Below the pieces are notes generated by a model. The model saw only the letters and a list, made by a program, of their open reading frames with translations, was not told the DNA's origin and searched no databases. This document shows positions 11,170 through 25,033 of a DNA stretch of 64,000 nt, one piece after another (the stretch's first letter is position 1; every line of letters starts with the position of its first letter). Made by a program: the position numbers and the translations under genes. Source of the DNA: Auanema rhodensis (taxonomy: Eukaryota; Animalia; Nematoda); assembly GCA_964057225.1 (NCBI GenBank), contig OZ059897.1, positions 14,322,001 through 14,386,000 on the forward strand, given 5' to 3'.

Positions 11170-14100
11170 TTAAAATCTTTCGATTATCACCGCATTTCGA
11201 TGAGTTGAAGCTCTTTCCATTTCTGATGCTCCTAGTGGAAATTTTTTACGTTTGACTGGAGCTTGTTTAGCCATAACATCTGATTCAAGATCTTGTGAAC
11301 CTCTATATGATAATAAATAAACTTTTATATATATTTTACTAATATATAATATACCTGGGATCTGATGATTGACTTTCTAAATCTTGATGATGATGAGAAT
11401 CTCGACTATGTATCATGATATCAGAATCGGGACCCGATGATAGTGTACCATCATTATCTTGCATTTGAGACATTTGTCTCAGCCATTGATTTGTTTTACC
11501 TTATTTATACATATAAAGCTTCAAATTATTATAAATAACATACTGTTAGGGGTTAACTGATTTTCTTTATCATCAGTACTTGCTGTACTTGGATCACTTC
11601 GACTTTGTGATTTAACCATGTTCATAATTCTTTGTCGACTACTGATGAAAGAACTATAAATATATAAAATATTAAAATATTTCGTATAATTAACTATACC
11701 GGCTATTATATGCACTAGCATTATCTGGTAAGCAACATACTCCAGTTCGTATCCATCGAACAATTACTAATCGAACTTTATCATTCATTACAACATGAAG
11801 GAAAAATATAAAAATTCCCTTAAACAAAATAATTTATTATTTAAATAAATATAATGATCATGATAAGTTACCTGAGTACTGTTAAGAATTGTGAAAATCC
11901 AAGCAAATGCTGTACCAGTTCCTCCTTTTACAGCCGTCAAAAAGCCAAATACCCATGTAATTCCTAATAAGCAGAGAAGTGTTGCAGAACCCTGAATCAT
12001 ATTAGTATTTTCTAAAATTTATTTTATCAAATAACCTTAAGCCATCCTAATAATCGGTCTGCCTTGTTTCTATCACGACTACGAACTGATAGAACAACAC
12101 GAAGAGCAATTAATAAGAAAATGATATTTGCCTGAATATTCGATTTATAAATTGGTAAAAATAGGAAAAAAATACAATGATAACTATGATTATTGGTGCG
12201 ATGAAGGCCCAAATGGTAGGTGTTGTCGTATCAATCCAACAACTATAATCATACTTTGAACTTATTGAAACTTTGTTTGAACTAACTAGCTATCAGTTCC
12301 ATAGTTTTGCCAGGCTACACCTGCAGAAACAGCTACAACAACGGCCGAGAACCCATAAGAGAATAGGTAGTAAAGTAAAACATGACTTTTGTTTGATTCA
12401 AAAACCTAAAATAAATGAAAGTTTCTAGTTGATTGTTATTGAAATAATCATTTTTACTTGAATTAACATAAGGTAAAGTTGATATCCTTCTAATAACATC
12501 CAACAGAAAGATGATAAAAAGAAGAAATGAAGTAATAAGGCTACAACTGAACAAGCTGTTTTATTTGATGTTCGATCCATTCCAATCACAAATACAAGCT
12601 CAGCAATCAAGAGGCAAAGACATAAATTCCTATGAATTGTATTTCGAACGTTGTATAGAGAACTAAAAAATTTAAATAAAATACATTCAAATTATTTTTA
12701 TTTTACCGGAAAAATGTGAATGTTGCTAGAGATAGGACCAAACATACAATGGAAATTGAGCATCCAATTATGGAAACAACATCCAATGCTGATGATAAAG
12801 CTCCCGAGTAACGAGAAACTTTTCCACTGACATCCATAAGAATAGCAAAACTTAATTTTATTTTGCAAATTCAAAACTTTTCTTGAATGTTATACCTGGT
12901 TAAGTGATTACAGGCACATTGAGAAGCTGTTTCATTTGTTGAAATTAACTGACATCCTTCTGTATTCCATGTTCTGAAATAAAATTTGTTAATAAGCTCT
13001 ACTTTTAAAGAAATGTTCTACTTCATATTTAAATCCCAGAAAACACATCTTGGATTGCTAACTCCATTTTTTCTGATATGATAGAAGGTGAATGTTACGG
13101 GTTCAGTTTCAGGCAGACTGAAAAAAAATAGGAAAAGCATTAAAACATTATAAATTCTGATAATTCACCTAATGGAACGAGTAGCATCATCTACTGATGC
13201 TCCAATTATATGACTGTTAATCAATGTATTATCATCTGTTGCTAGAATATCAGCAAATGTTGTGAATACATAATAGCCTAGACGTAGACGTGTTCTATCT
13301 AATGATCCAACAGGCTAAAATTAAAAATAGTTATGCTTTACTTCAGATTATTTCATACTGCTGAACCCCCAGGATGGAAAAATGCTTGACTTGCTATGTC
13401 ACCAAGCGGCGGAGGTGGTGCAGCTGATTCTTCTTAAAACAGTTATTGAAGTATCATTGTGATAAGGATAAAACTTACTCAACGTACTGAAAGAAGGCAA
13501 TGATATTGTCGGAGATTTTCGGATTGAAGAGAATTCAACAGTTGAAGTTTCTTGAACATCTAGTTGACTTCTGAATCATGTGATGGTTTATTGAAAACAA
13601 AAACTTCAAAAAAAGCTGACCTTGAACCAGAGAGTTCGATCGTATCATCCATTGGGACAGGCCCTGATAGAGGATCAACCCGAGCGTTAGAGTAGGCTTC
13701 AGGTTCCTTAACATCAATTTCCATTGCTGAATTAAGAAATTTGCTAAAAGAAGAGAAATGTATATGATATACCCCAATGTTTATAATTAATAGTTCTCTG
13801 TGACTGAATTGTATAATCTGCTAATAATAAAGCACTTTGCTCTAAAACATTCATAAGCCTATGTAAGAAAAATAATTAGTTGAAATACAAAAATAAGTGA
13901 AATTACTTCGAAGCATGATCAATTCTTTTCCATGATTCTAGCTCTTCCCATACAGGGATAGCTGTTGCTGATAACAATTCATCTCCTGATGCTCCAAGTG
14001 ACTGAAATTTGAAATCAGAGATTAATCTTTCTTCCGCTACAGATAGGTATAGCAGATATGCTTTGGAATGTTACATACTTCAGTGAAGTTTGATGCTCGT

Positions 14101-17100
14101 CTTTGACGATCGTTCCGATCAATCAAAGCTGAAAATTGGGTTTTTGCCAGTGATAATACGTCTCCGCTCAGAGAAACACTTCCCACGATATCGCCACCAT
14201 ATAGTTGTTTATACAACGTTTGTCTACAATCAAATTAAAATATAAAGTAAAGATTAAAAAGAATAAATATCAATAAACTTACTCAAGATTTTTGGCTAAA
14301 AGAGCTGATATTTCCTCAGCTGGATCTCCATTTTGAAGTGAATTTCGAATCTCAGAAACCCATTTATGAGTACAATTTGTAGTATTTGGAGTTTCCCATT
14401 TAGCTGTTTTACAATTACAATAACGAACTACGGCTCCTGGAAAAACTTGTAAGCATAATTCAAATATTTGAATTTAATAAACCAATTATATTTTCTTCAT
14501 CAGGACATGGAACAGTAGCTTCAGTACATTCTCTGGTTTTCGGAAATCGAATGCCTTTAACTGTACTTTCGGGACAATATTTGACATCACCAAAGATATC
14601 TTTGATATCAACTGATCTGAAACAAACAGATATAAATAGGAAAATCATTGATGCTACATCACATGCTTTCACTTAATCCTGATCGTTTATAGCTTAAATG
14701 AAAAAAGTTTTCAAAGTTCAACGGTTTAAATACAACTTTTTTGGTTACACCATGATTTGAAAATACAAAAAGCCGAACAGAAACAAAAAATCGATACGGC
14801 TTGATTAATCTGGTTTCAACTAGTTCTAGCTAAATGCCATCTTCAGCATACTACCCAGATCATTTATCTTTCTAAGATCTTTCTTTTCATCGTTTTTAAC
14901 GGAAACACTAATTTTGTGACGTCACAATTTAAGCCACAGATCGCCAACGACGTTCTCTCTATTTATTCTCTATTTTCTCACCGATTTAGAAAAAAAGAGC
15001 ATCAATTGAAATTTAATTTTGTACAATTTCTATGGAAAAATGAAAAGTTATTGACTAAAAGTTTTTTTGAATAGAAGGCTAATGGAGAGCTATTATGAGA
15101 GATTAAAGTTGTACACAATATCCGGACACTATTGTCAACCAACTCGAAGAAAACTGTTCATGTATTTGGATTGGAGTTAAATATTCTCAAACATTTTCAT
15201 AGTGATGAATCATAAATACGAACTTAGTGTCAACGTGTCTGGAGGACGATATATTCCGGTCTTCTAGACTTGAACTGCCTATTACATTTAGTAGTAGAAT
15301 GGTTAATATTAGAAATAAATATGTTCCACCCTCTGTGGCCATAATCTAGAATAAATAGTAGCAGTATGCAAAAGTGAAACAAATAAGTTTTGTTGATTTC
15401 GCAAAAATAACGAAGAAGAAGCCAGGGTGGAGAATTAAGGCGGTGCCTTACAGAAGTTGTTGTTCGTCGAGTTCGACCAGAGGAATGTGAGGAGGGGGAA
15501 GTCTTTCGTCACCTATCTATTTGAGAGTTAACGAGGGTGAGTATGAACCGGAGAAAGGATGAATGGTGTCACAGTCTTCGTTGTCAATCAGCCAGCCCAG
15601 GCAGTGGTAAACGCGGTAAGCCTCCCAGAAAGTTAGACAGAGAAGGATAGTAGATTGAGAGAAACGAAACCGGTTAGAATGTCGACTGGGATGTTGTAGC
15701 AGCATCAGCAACATTAGAATTCTTAGCTATGTTTGTCAGCTATGTGAGCAGATCAGAATTAGAAATCTTGGACGTTTGCCAAAAGTAGATATAGTCAATT
15801 ATAAGATAAACTAGTATACATCAATGTATATGCATACCTATGAAGATGGATATCAACTATATCTTCATGAAAGAGGTAGAATAATAGAAAATAGAACAGA
15901 TTCAGGAATATATAAGATTAAACAAACAAACAACAACACAACTTTTAAAAATATTGTGTACATGTACGAGCATGAACCTTTTTGAAATCACTTCATGAAG
16001 GTTCCAATAGACAGAAATGCGATCAAGAAGAAAAAAACAAGTGTTGGTCAATATTTGAATAGTCGAAGAATAACCGAAAGGAAAACGGTCATAAGGATGC
16101 CTATATTCGGCAAATTACTAGCAGAAAAGAATTTGAACGATGAATGATTAGATTAAAACAAGAAACTATGAATGAACCTACTCTTGATCTCCTTTGAAAT
16201 ACTCTTGTGATTCTGTTGATGATGTAGAAGGTACAACATTTGCAAATGGTTCAGTTGATCGTTTATTACCTAGACTTTTTATTATTTTACTTTTTCTTCT
16301 TTTCGAATAGATTGTACCTGAAGTTGGAGCTGTTTCACAAATATAATTAGCTTGAGATGTACAAGAAGTTGACTTCCAATATGAGTCATCTTTATCAACT
16401 GCTAGAACAGCACATCCTAATGCTTCACTTAAATCTGATTTTGGAGGTCTGAAAAGATAAAAAGATTTTTTTAAAAATATTAAATGAAACCATCAAATGT
16501 TTCAGTTATTTTTATATTTTTTTTTTCCAATGATTTATATAATATATAAGAGTTTCGCAATAGGTAAATACAGTGAACTGAAGTGAATCCTGATTCTTCT
16601 TTTCTTCTTTATTTAGATTGAGCTATGTTCTTTCAAAAAAGAATTGTTACATTGCAAATTGTGATTTTCCCTTCAGGCTCTTCAATATTTATGTGTCACC
16701 TTTGATACAAGAAGAATTGAATCAAAATGAAAAATTGAGAAAATACCGATTCAAACCTTGTATTTCGTAAATGGAAATATCATTGAAATGAAATGTTTTC
16801 CGTTTAAACGTTTGGTTTTTAAAAATTCTTACGCGAAAGTAACTTCCGATCCTTGATCCCATATTGCTCCATTTTGAGAAGTACCAAGTGCCAGCCAGAA
16901 TTCTCCAGTTTTTGTGATTTTTTCTATTTGCCGGACAAGTTCTTCGTGACTGGCTGATGTTAGATCAGTAGGAAGTTGACCTCCCTAAATTGGAAAGTTT
17001 TCAAATTTTCAAGGAAGTTGACGAATTAACCATTTCTCTACATAGATCTTGTGCTTTCTGCTTTGTGATTCGCGAATTTTTATTAAAGATAATGGTGAAA

Positions 17101-18849
17101 CAACGTCCAGAATTATAAATCGAGCCAGTTGGGCAAACCGCTTGCACTTCTAGAAACTTCAATGTGAAATAATCTTTTAAAGAATATTTTTACCTGTACT
17201 ACATCGAAATCGGTACTGTAATCGTAATTCTTCTTTTACATAACATGAAGTTTCAGCGAAAGTATTTTTCAAATCATCAATATTACAATAATTCAAACCT
17301 TGACATCTAAATGAAATAAAGTTTGACATAATTAAAAGAAAACGAACTTATTATTAATTGTCTGTAAACTATGAGGATTTGAGCATGTTAGATTTAAACT
17401 TGATGATACTCGATTTGAGCAAGTTGTTCCTGCCTATAAATGAAAATGTTTATGTTGCAACTAAATAAGCTCATACCGATCCATATAAAGCATAATCAAC
17501 AATAATTGTTCCTGATGGACATGAGAAAAAAAATGATTCAGAAGCACAAGTATGATTTTGCTCATTTGTAGCTGAATATAAAGCAGAAATGAAATCATAT
17601 CAATTCAATTTACTTACAATCGTTGATTTTATCTTCACAACGTGATCCTTCATATCCTGGTAAACAAGAACATTGTCGAACTAAATTTTTTTCTAAATTT
17701 TCAATTATTTGAATGTTTATTAAGAACAATATATACCTTCTGTATTTAATTTTCGTTCACATACTACATGATTCTGTTTTTCACAAGTTTGAGTTTGCCA
17801 ATCTTTGTAAAAAGTTTCTTCGTTTATGGAAACACAAACATCTAATATATAATAATAATATTAATTAATTAATTTAAATATTTTACCATTCCAATCAGGA
17901 TAAAGATTTGGTTCTCCAATTTTCCAATTTTGATTTTTAGCCAAATAGCTACCAGGATAATATACCCATGCTGGATTTGAACCATTGGAAACTGAACGAA
18001 CTCCTGTCCATACACCTCTAGATACCCTTGCATCAGAATCTAAGATGAAGAACTGCATTTAAAGATGTTTTAGATTAAATACTTTGAAATATAGTTAGTG
18101 ATCCTTGAATATAATCTTGTAAAAAAATTTGTTCTTCTGAAGTCTCAGGAACAGGTAATACTGAATCTTGATCATAACATAATTGGGCAGCCTGACAAAA
18201 TGAAATTTAAAAATTTAAATTCATATTGTAAAAATAATTACTTCTTTCCAATTTAATAATTTATCAATTGAAGAGAAACAAGCATCATTATTGAATACTT
18301 CATTATCATTGCATCGCTTTGTAGCAGGTAGAGCTGAAAAACTCCTTTTATTCTTTTAACAAAAAATTAAAATGCAAAGTCCAATTTTTTAGTTTTTGAT
18401 CATTTTTTCGCAAAAAAATGATAAATTATCTTAATTTTGCCGAACAAACTAACGAAAAAAAAATGTTATTTGGCAGCTCTTGAGTAGGTTAACAACCGAG
18501 AAAAATGTTGATTTTCTAAAGCCTTCTACAAATATTAACGAGCTAAATGAAAGAGCCTAAGTGGAGAAATTTGATCACTCATTTTGAAAAACATCGTATG
18601 ACGTTATCATGAAGTTTATTATTATTTTTCTAACTTACAACTTGTTAATGTACATACACCTCCATTCAAACAGTATGTTTCATCATTACAAGAATATTGC
18701 TGAGAAAAAGTATCTGAAAACCAGATGTATGATGATCAATTCGATAAAATTTAAAAACAAATTAATATCTAATTACATCAATTTATTATTTTATTTCTCT
18801 AAAACTAACATTTTATTGAGAGAAGTATTATAATGAAAATTTTTTCCAT
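11170..18849 (-). CDS. lat-2: Latrophilin-family adhesion GPCR (EGF/CTLD, Gal-lectin/SUEL, CTLD, HRM, GAIN-GPS, 7TM)
   Basis: Signal peptide [13 protein letters not shown]; two C-type lectin domains flank a SUEL domain; [18 protein letters not shown]...[11 protein letters not shown]; [11 protein letters not shown]...WNTEGC...CACNHLTSFAILM; 7[18 protein letters not shown] and [12 protein letters not shown]; ends VIIERF*. Confidence 0.92.
14914..14927. promoter_or_regulatory. Palindromic CRE-like site in the large lat-2 intron
   Basis: Perfect 14-bp palindrome TTGTGACGTCACAA containing TGACGTCA. Confidence 0.35.
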
Positions 18850-20345
18850 TACCAATGTGTCTGTGAATTATCTGCAATTTGAATAAAAAATTAAAATTTA
18901 ATGCCTGTATGAAAAAAAAAAGTTTTGAAAGTTTTACCGATGTTTATCGGAACAAATAGATTTTCATTGAATTTCTTGGATAAATCGTTCAATCTATAAT
19001 TTTATAACTAACAATAAGAAGTATATAATATATTTAACAATATAATAATTATAATATTATATGAATTTTCTTTTAAAACAATGTCAAACTTTAAGAAATG
19101 ATAAGAACGTTTTTGTGAAAATTGGTAAAATTATTATGTGTGGTGAATGAGAATCCAGTGTCTAGCTGTAGAAGTGGCTAAACAATAGACTTCGGGCAAA
19201 AGATAGAGAGGAAGCACCGACATGAACGAAGAAGATCTAATAGAGGACAAGAGATATGACTCATTACGAAAGATAGGGTAGACGACTAGAATTTCAGGAG
19301 ATAACCTGGAAATGTGTCGAAAATATCATATACAACTGAGGAGATTATGAATATAGCACTGAAATCAAATATTCTAGATTTTCTTCAATCCTCTGTTTCC
19401 GAAAACATAATGTATATAATTCAAATATACATATCTAAGAAAGGTTACATTTCATTTCCGAAAATAAAAACTTCTATTTATACAATTTCCATTTGAATAT
19501 TACTATTTTTCCAAGTTTTTTACGTATTAAAGTTTAACTAATATACTCCATTATTATCATTTATAATTAGATAAATTATGATTTTAATTATGTAAATACA
19601 GTTTATAAATTAAAAAAAAAACTTTTTCTTGTTATTTGTGGACTTTTTTTATATTTTCTTTATATTTTATATTTAGTATCAGTTTCTATTTTAAAATGAA
19701 AAAACTAATAATTATTATTAGTTTAAGTTTATTGTTTACTTGGTTGATAGTTTGTTGAACTATAAATGAATTTACTTGAAAGTCAACCAGATGGATAAGT
19801 TCTACCTTTGTTCAACTTTAATTGAATATATTATTTCTGCAACTTAAATAAGTTATTTTAGAAAAATAGGTGAGATTTATTCTTATATTAATGCTGTCCC
19901 AAAATTAAAACGGCAATTTCAAGGAAAAATATGGTAAATAAACAATTAAAAGAGCAGACAAGTTGACCCATATTACATACCATTAATGCATTTTACAAAC
20001 TTTTCGTAAAATAGTATTTCTATACAAATTGAAAAAGAAATAATAAAAATCAATATATATATATATATAATTATGTTGTTATATTATTTAAAGTTTAAGA
20101 TGAATATGGTTGGAAAAAATGATCTAAATGATTAAGTTTGACACCGTATGAATATAAGGAGAAGATAGGCGAGAAGAGAGGGGGGGCACAAATCACAAAC
20201 AACAATGTATATCTTTTATAAAAGATGAGCAAAAGAAAGCACGGAGTAGCTTTGTTTATATATATATATATATTAATTTTGTTAATTTTTGTAAAAATAT
20301 TAAAAAATTCTAATATTGAAAAATTTTAAAAGTTATTGATGATAA

Positions 20346-22681
20346 TTAGCTATAAGCTTTAACTTTTCTAAAAACTGTCATCCACAAAGCCGCTCCAACT
20401 GTTGTAACTACAGCATTTATTAGCCAAAGTTTATCCTGCCCGTAAGCAGTGAAAACTGATCTGAAATATTGAAATTTTAAATTTTAAATATTTTAAAACT
20501 AACGCTGAATATATTGGTCCAACAATTAGAATAATATCTTCAGCAACAATAATAGCTCCTTGCATAATACTCTGAATGATATAGACAATTTAAAGAACAA
20601 TTCAAAGAAAAATTAAAAAAAAGAAGTTTACCTGGTCAATATTTCCTAATACTTTAGAATAAATTGTATCTAATGAAATAGATGCTAATGGTAGTCCAAT
20701 ACCCATAACAATAATTACAACAGGAATAAATATATAAGGAGTTGTTGATGATTCAGTACCACACCAATCATATTCCGCTGGATTACATCCAGAACGTGTA
20801 GTTTCTACAAAACAGTTTTTCTTTTGAATAATTGTACAGAAAAAAAAACGAAAAATCATTGTTCAAAACAGTCTGTTTCTATTGTTTTTTTATTTCTTTT
20901 TCAAAAAAACTCACCATTATATAAAGGCATTTTATGTCCCAATTGAGGATATGGATAGGATAATCCATACAAAGTTATTGAAATAAGAAGTGAGATCAAG
21001 AAAGCAACACGTGACGATATACTAAAAGTTAAATTTAACTTTTTAAATATAATATTCTTAGAACTAACAGTTTGCCTAGCCCTCCAATCATCCAAGCAAC
21101 AGCTAAGCCAATTGATAATATTCCTACAGTACCCATAGACACAGCCATAATCTGTACTGTTAAAGCTCCATCCCATCCAAATGATGACATCATCAATGGG
21201 GCACCAGTACTGTAAGAAGACAACTATATTCAAAGAAATGTTCAAAAAGAATATTGAGAGGCTTAGCATTCGGTATTACTATTAGAATTCGTCAAATTCT
21301 TCCGTTCAAACAAATACAAGCCTGTTTTACAACAAAAAAAAAGTTTTTCATTGCGATCTGTGGTTATATGATTCAACTACATGAGACCTTACTTTTCAAA
21401 TTTATGCCAAAAAGTAGTTATCGGCGTAGGGGATTTCAATGAAAATTTATGAAAACAAAATGAAAAACATACGTGGATAGAGTTACAACTGCTAATTGGG
21501 CTATTATTTTCATTGCCCAGCAGATAGTGATGAGAGACCATTGTAAATCTACAGCCATTAATTTTTGTAACCGATTTTTGAAACCTTGAAGAGTAAAAAC
21601 AGATGCTTCTGAAAGAAAAATATATGAAACTGATAGAATACAGTTTAACTCATTACGTTTAATTTTTTCTTTCTTTTCCAGCTCTTTGAGTGATGTAAAG
21701 ATAATAGCAACCGAAACAAAATTAGTTAAAGAAGCTATCCAAATTGGAGCTGAGTAAATATGGAAACGTAAATTTTCAGAAAAAATTCCTAATCCAGGAT
21801 ATTCGATTCCGGAAAAAGAAAGTTGAACCACTGTAATTTGAGAATATACATTTAAAAGTCACTAAGAACTGTAATCTTACAAGGACCAATAATGATTGAA
21901 AGCATATTTGCCATAACAATAGCTGAAAATGCTCGTGAACGATCTGCATGAGAACTGACAGATACTAGGTAGAAACGGAGTATACATGTTGAGCCTGCAA
22001 TCACTTTTATTAAAATATTTATTTCAAAATTATATTCTACTTCCTGCTACTCCAAACAGAAAATAGCAAATCATCATGAGATATCTTCTGCCTGCTGGCA
22101 GAAATTCGACACAAAGATAGACACAACATGCAAAAAATGCAACAATTCTTCCGAATACAAGAGGCCAACTGAAAAAAAATTTCATTTTTGAAAAGTTATT
22201 TAACATCCAATTTTACCGAATTTGTTGAGATTTATAGCTCCAATATGAAAATATTAAAGCAAATATAGCATGACCAGCTTTCGAAATGGAGGTTACACCA
22301 CCGAAAAATTGTGATGTTGCTTCGGGATCAATCTATACACATAGAAGAAAAAAAATAAAAAATACATTGAGAATAAAAACATAATTGAAAGATAAGAAAT
22401 AAAAAAGAAAAATCATACCGTGTGCATGTATGGCCATTCTGACATACCAACTACTGTTCCTTCTAAAGAGGATAAAAACGTCAGAAGAGCGGCAATGCAT
22501 ACTGCTCGCCAATTTGTCCTCTGACAATCTATAAAAGAAAATTGAAATATTAACTTTCTATGTTTCCTATAATAAAAATAAAAATATGAGAAAACTAAAA
22601 GAATCAAAATAGATTACCTGGTTCATCTACTTCGATTTCTTCGATTGCAGTCTTAACAGGCGCTATAGTATCTTCTCGCAT
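20346..22681 (-). CDS. Major facilitator superfamily transporter, MFSD8/CLN7-like
   Basis: MREDTIAP...RTNWRAVCIAALLTFLSSLEGTVVGMSEWPYMHTIDPEATSQFFG...DRSRAFS...IIIGP...GCNPAEYDWC...SLDTIYSKVLGNIDQ...ALWMTVFRKVKAYS*. These motifs are typical of nematode MFSD8-like proteins. Confidence 0.88.
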
Positions 22682-23787
22682 AATAGTCTATAATCCATGA
22701 ATTTGATAAAATAAAAATTAGATTTGATAATAGAAAGTAAACTAAAAGTTTTAATATTCAGAAAAAAAAGGATAAAAATATACAGAAAATTCGTGACTTT
22801 GTATTAGTTTGTTTAAATATTTATCAGAATAAGAATGATATAAAGAAAATTGAATAAGTTATTTGGAAACGACGATAAAGATATATAATATAATTCTTAT
22901 AAAAATTTTCATTAAAAGATAAGAAAAGAAAAAAAAAGAAATTTGTGTTTACATAACTAATTCAGAAATATAAAAGTATATAAACGGAACTGACATATTT
23001 AACCAATTAGTTGTGATCGTAATAAACAAAGAATGAGAAAAAAATTGAAATAGAAAAGCAAAGAAAGTATACGAAGATGTTGATGATGCTTATGATGACT
23101 ACCAGTTGCACGTAAAAAATAAACGAAACCTAGAAAGAAGTTACGACATAAGTGGAGGTAAAACACTCTTCTCGGAAATTGAAAATTATCTCAAAAATGT
23201 TGTTGACATGTTTATTAATACTCTAAAACAACATGCATAACCTCAGAATTATCTTTCACGACAATGTCGAGTAATTACAAATTTCCAAACAACGAAACCA
23301 TCTGATGCATTGATGCCCCTTTTCATACTCTATTGATCATCTTACAAAGCTTGTTGTGTTTGTAAATCAAACAAAAAAATTAAAATTTTCAATTTTCTTG
23401 AGCAATTAAATAAAACAAACTAGTTGTATAACATAAAATAAATAATTTAACAATGTTTCTAAAAAATTGCTTTTCAATTCTATGTAATGAAACAATTGTG
23501 TTCCAAATAAAAACAAAAAAAACGATAGAACACAGAGAATAGTTCTATTATAAGAGATCAAAAAAAAACAATTAAGAGAAATTTATACATTAAAAAAACC
23601 GAGAAAACTAAAAATATAATTCTTTCGTTTTGAGGTTGTGTTAGCCAAGAGAGATGAAGAGTGAAAAAAAGAGAAAGAAAAACAATATTTTTACAGTCAA
23701 TAAAAAGAAAAGTAAGGCGTTATAGCAGATTAGAAACATTAAATATAAATAAAATAACTTAAAATAACTTATCTCATCCATGTGACT

Positions 23788-23820
23788 AGTTTACTGATCA
23801 CAATGAATGATCAGTAAACT
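23788..23820. repeat. Perfect 13-bp inverted repeat with 7-nt loop
   Basis: AGTTTACTGATCA-caatgaa-TGATCAGTAAACT. Confidence 0.9.
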
Positions 23821-24955
23821 GAAATTCATTGTTATGTTACAAACTATCAGAAAAACTGAATAATCTTCTTTTTTTTTGGAATATGTACAAAGTGCTATGT
23901 AAAAGGGATTTAATTTTTGTGAATTTCTGAATACTTTGATACATGAGTCAACACAGGAAAAACTAGACAGAGTTATTATGGTTATCCATGATTCAATTCA
24001 TATTTGCATAGCATTATCTAATTATGATGCGGTTTTCAATTAACTAAAAGATCTAACAAATATTAGAAAGTGAACAATTCAATTGTACTTTGTAGATTGA
24101 ACCCACAAATTGGACATAAGAAATGCGACGAGGACATGATCATTTTTTTTCTTCGACAATTTCAATGTAAAAGTGTTAAAATGAAAATTGAACAATCTTT
24201 TAAACAAATATAGTTCAAAGATGATTCGATTAGAAGAAAAAGAAAAATGTCTTCAAAACTGCACGTTAATGATAAATGTTTAAAAGTTGAATAGAAATGT
24301 GGGAGGAAAACGAGGACATTCCTAGCAATAGTCAGCGGTCAGTACAAACGTTTTCCAGATTTGGATTTGTATCAGCTGTTATGGAAAATGAAAGGAAAAG
24401 ACCCGATGATCGACGTGGGTCATTCGTGATGAAAGAGAGTTGCAGTAGGCTGCGTCAAATACGATGCTAGGACGTGTGCGACGAATAGAACGACGAGGAC
24501 CACGACGACAACCACAACGATAGGGTCATCATTATTCGTAAGTTCGGTGAACGAGAACTGTTGGGAACAAGAAATGATGTCAAAAAAACAAGTCAGAAGC
24601 AAAATTGAAGACAAAAGAAGAAAAAGAAGAAGAAAGTTAGACAGAAGAGGGCTCAAAACAACGATGTACGCATATGCATACAGTGTGAACTGTGCATTGT
24701 GACGACGGAAACAGAATACTTTGATGTAGGCCCATTATTTATGAACGTTGAAAGTAATTGACTGTCAGCTTCGGTTTCTTGGTCACCTTGACCATGATAA
24801 TGATGGTTAAATATCTACAACTATCTGCAACGCTAGTCGAGCATCAGACATGTCGTATAATAGTGACCAAATGCTTTAATTTTCAGGAAAAACCTGCTAG
24901 AAACCTACATTGAAACGAAGAGAATGAATAGATTACGAGAGAAAACGTGAGAAAC

Positions 24956-24956
24956 A

Positions 24957-25020
<64 letters not shown>

Positions 25021-25033
25021 GATAGAGATAGAG
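24956..25033. repeat. (GA)n microsatellite
   Basis: Near-pure AG dinucleotide run; similar tracts at ~26030-26065, ~26795-26856 and (TC)n at ~28551-28571. Confidence 0.95.
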
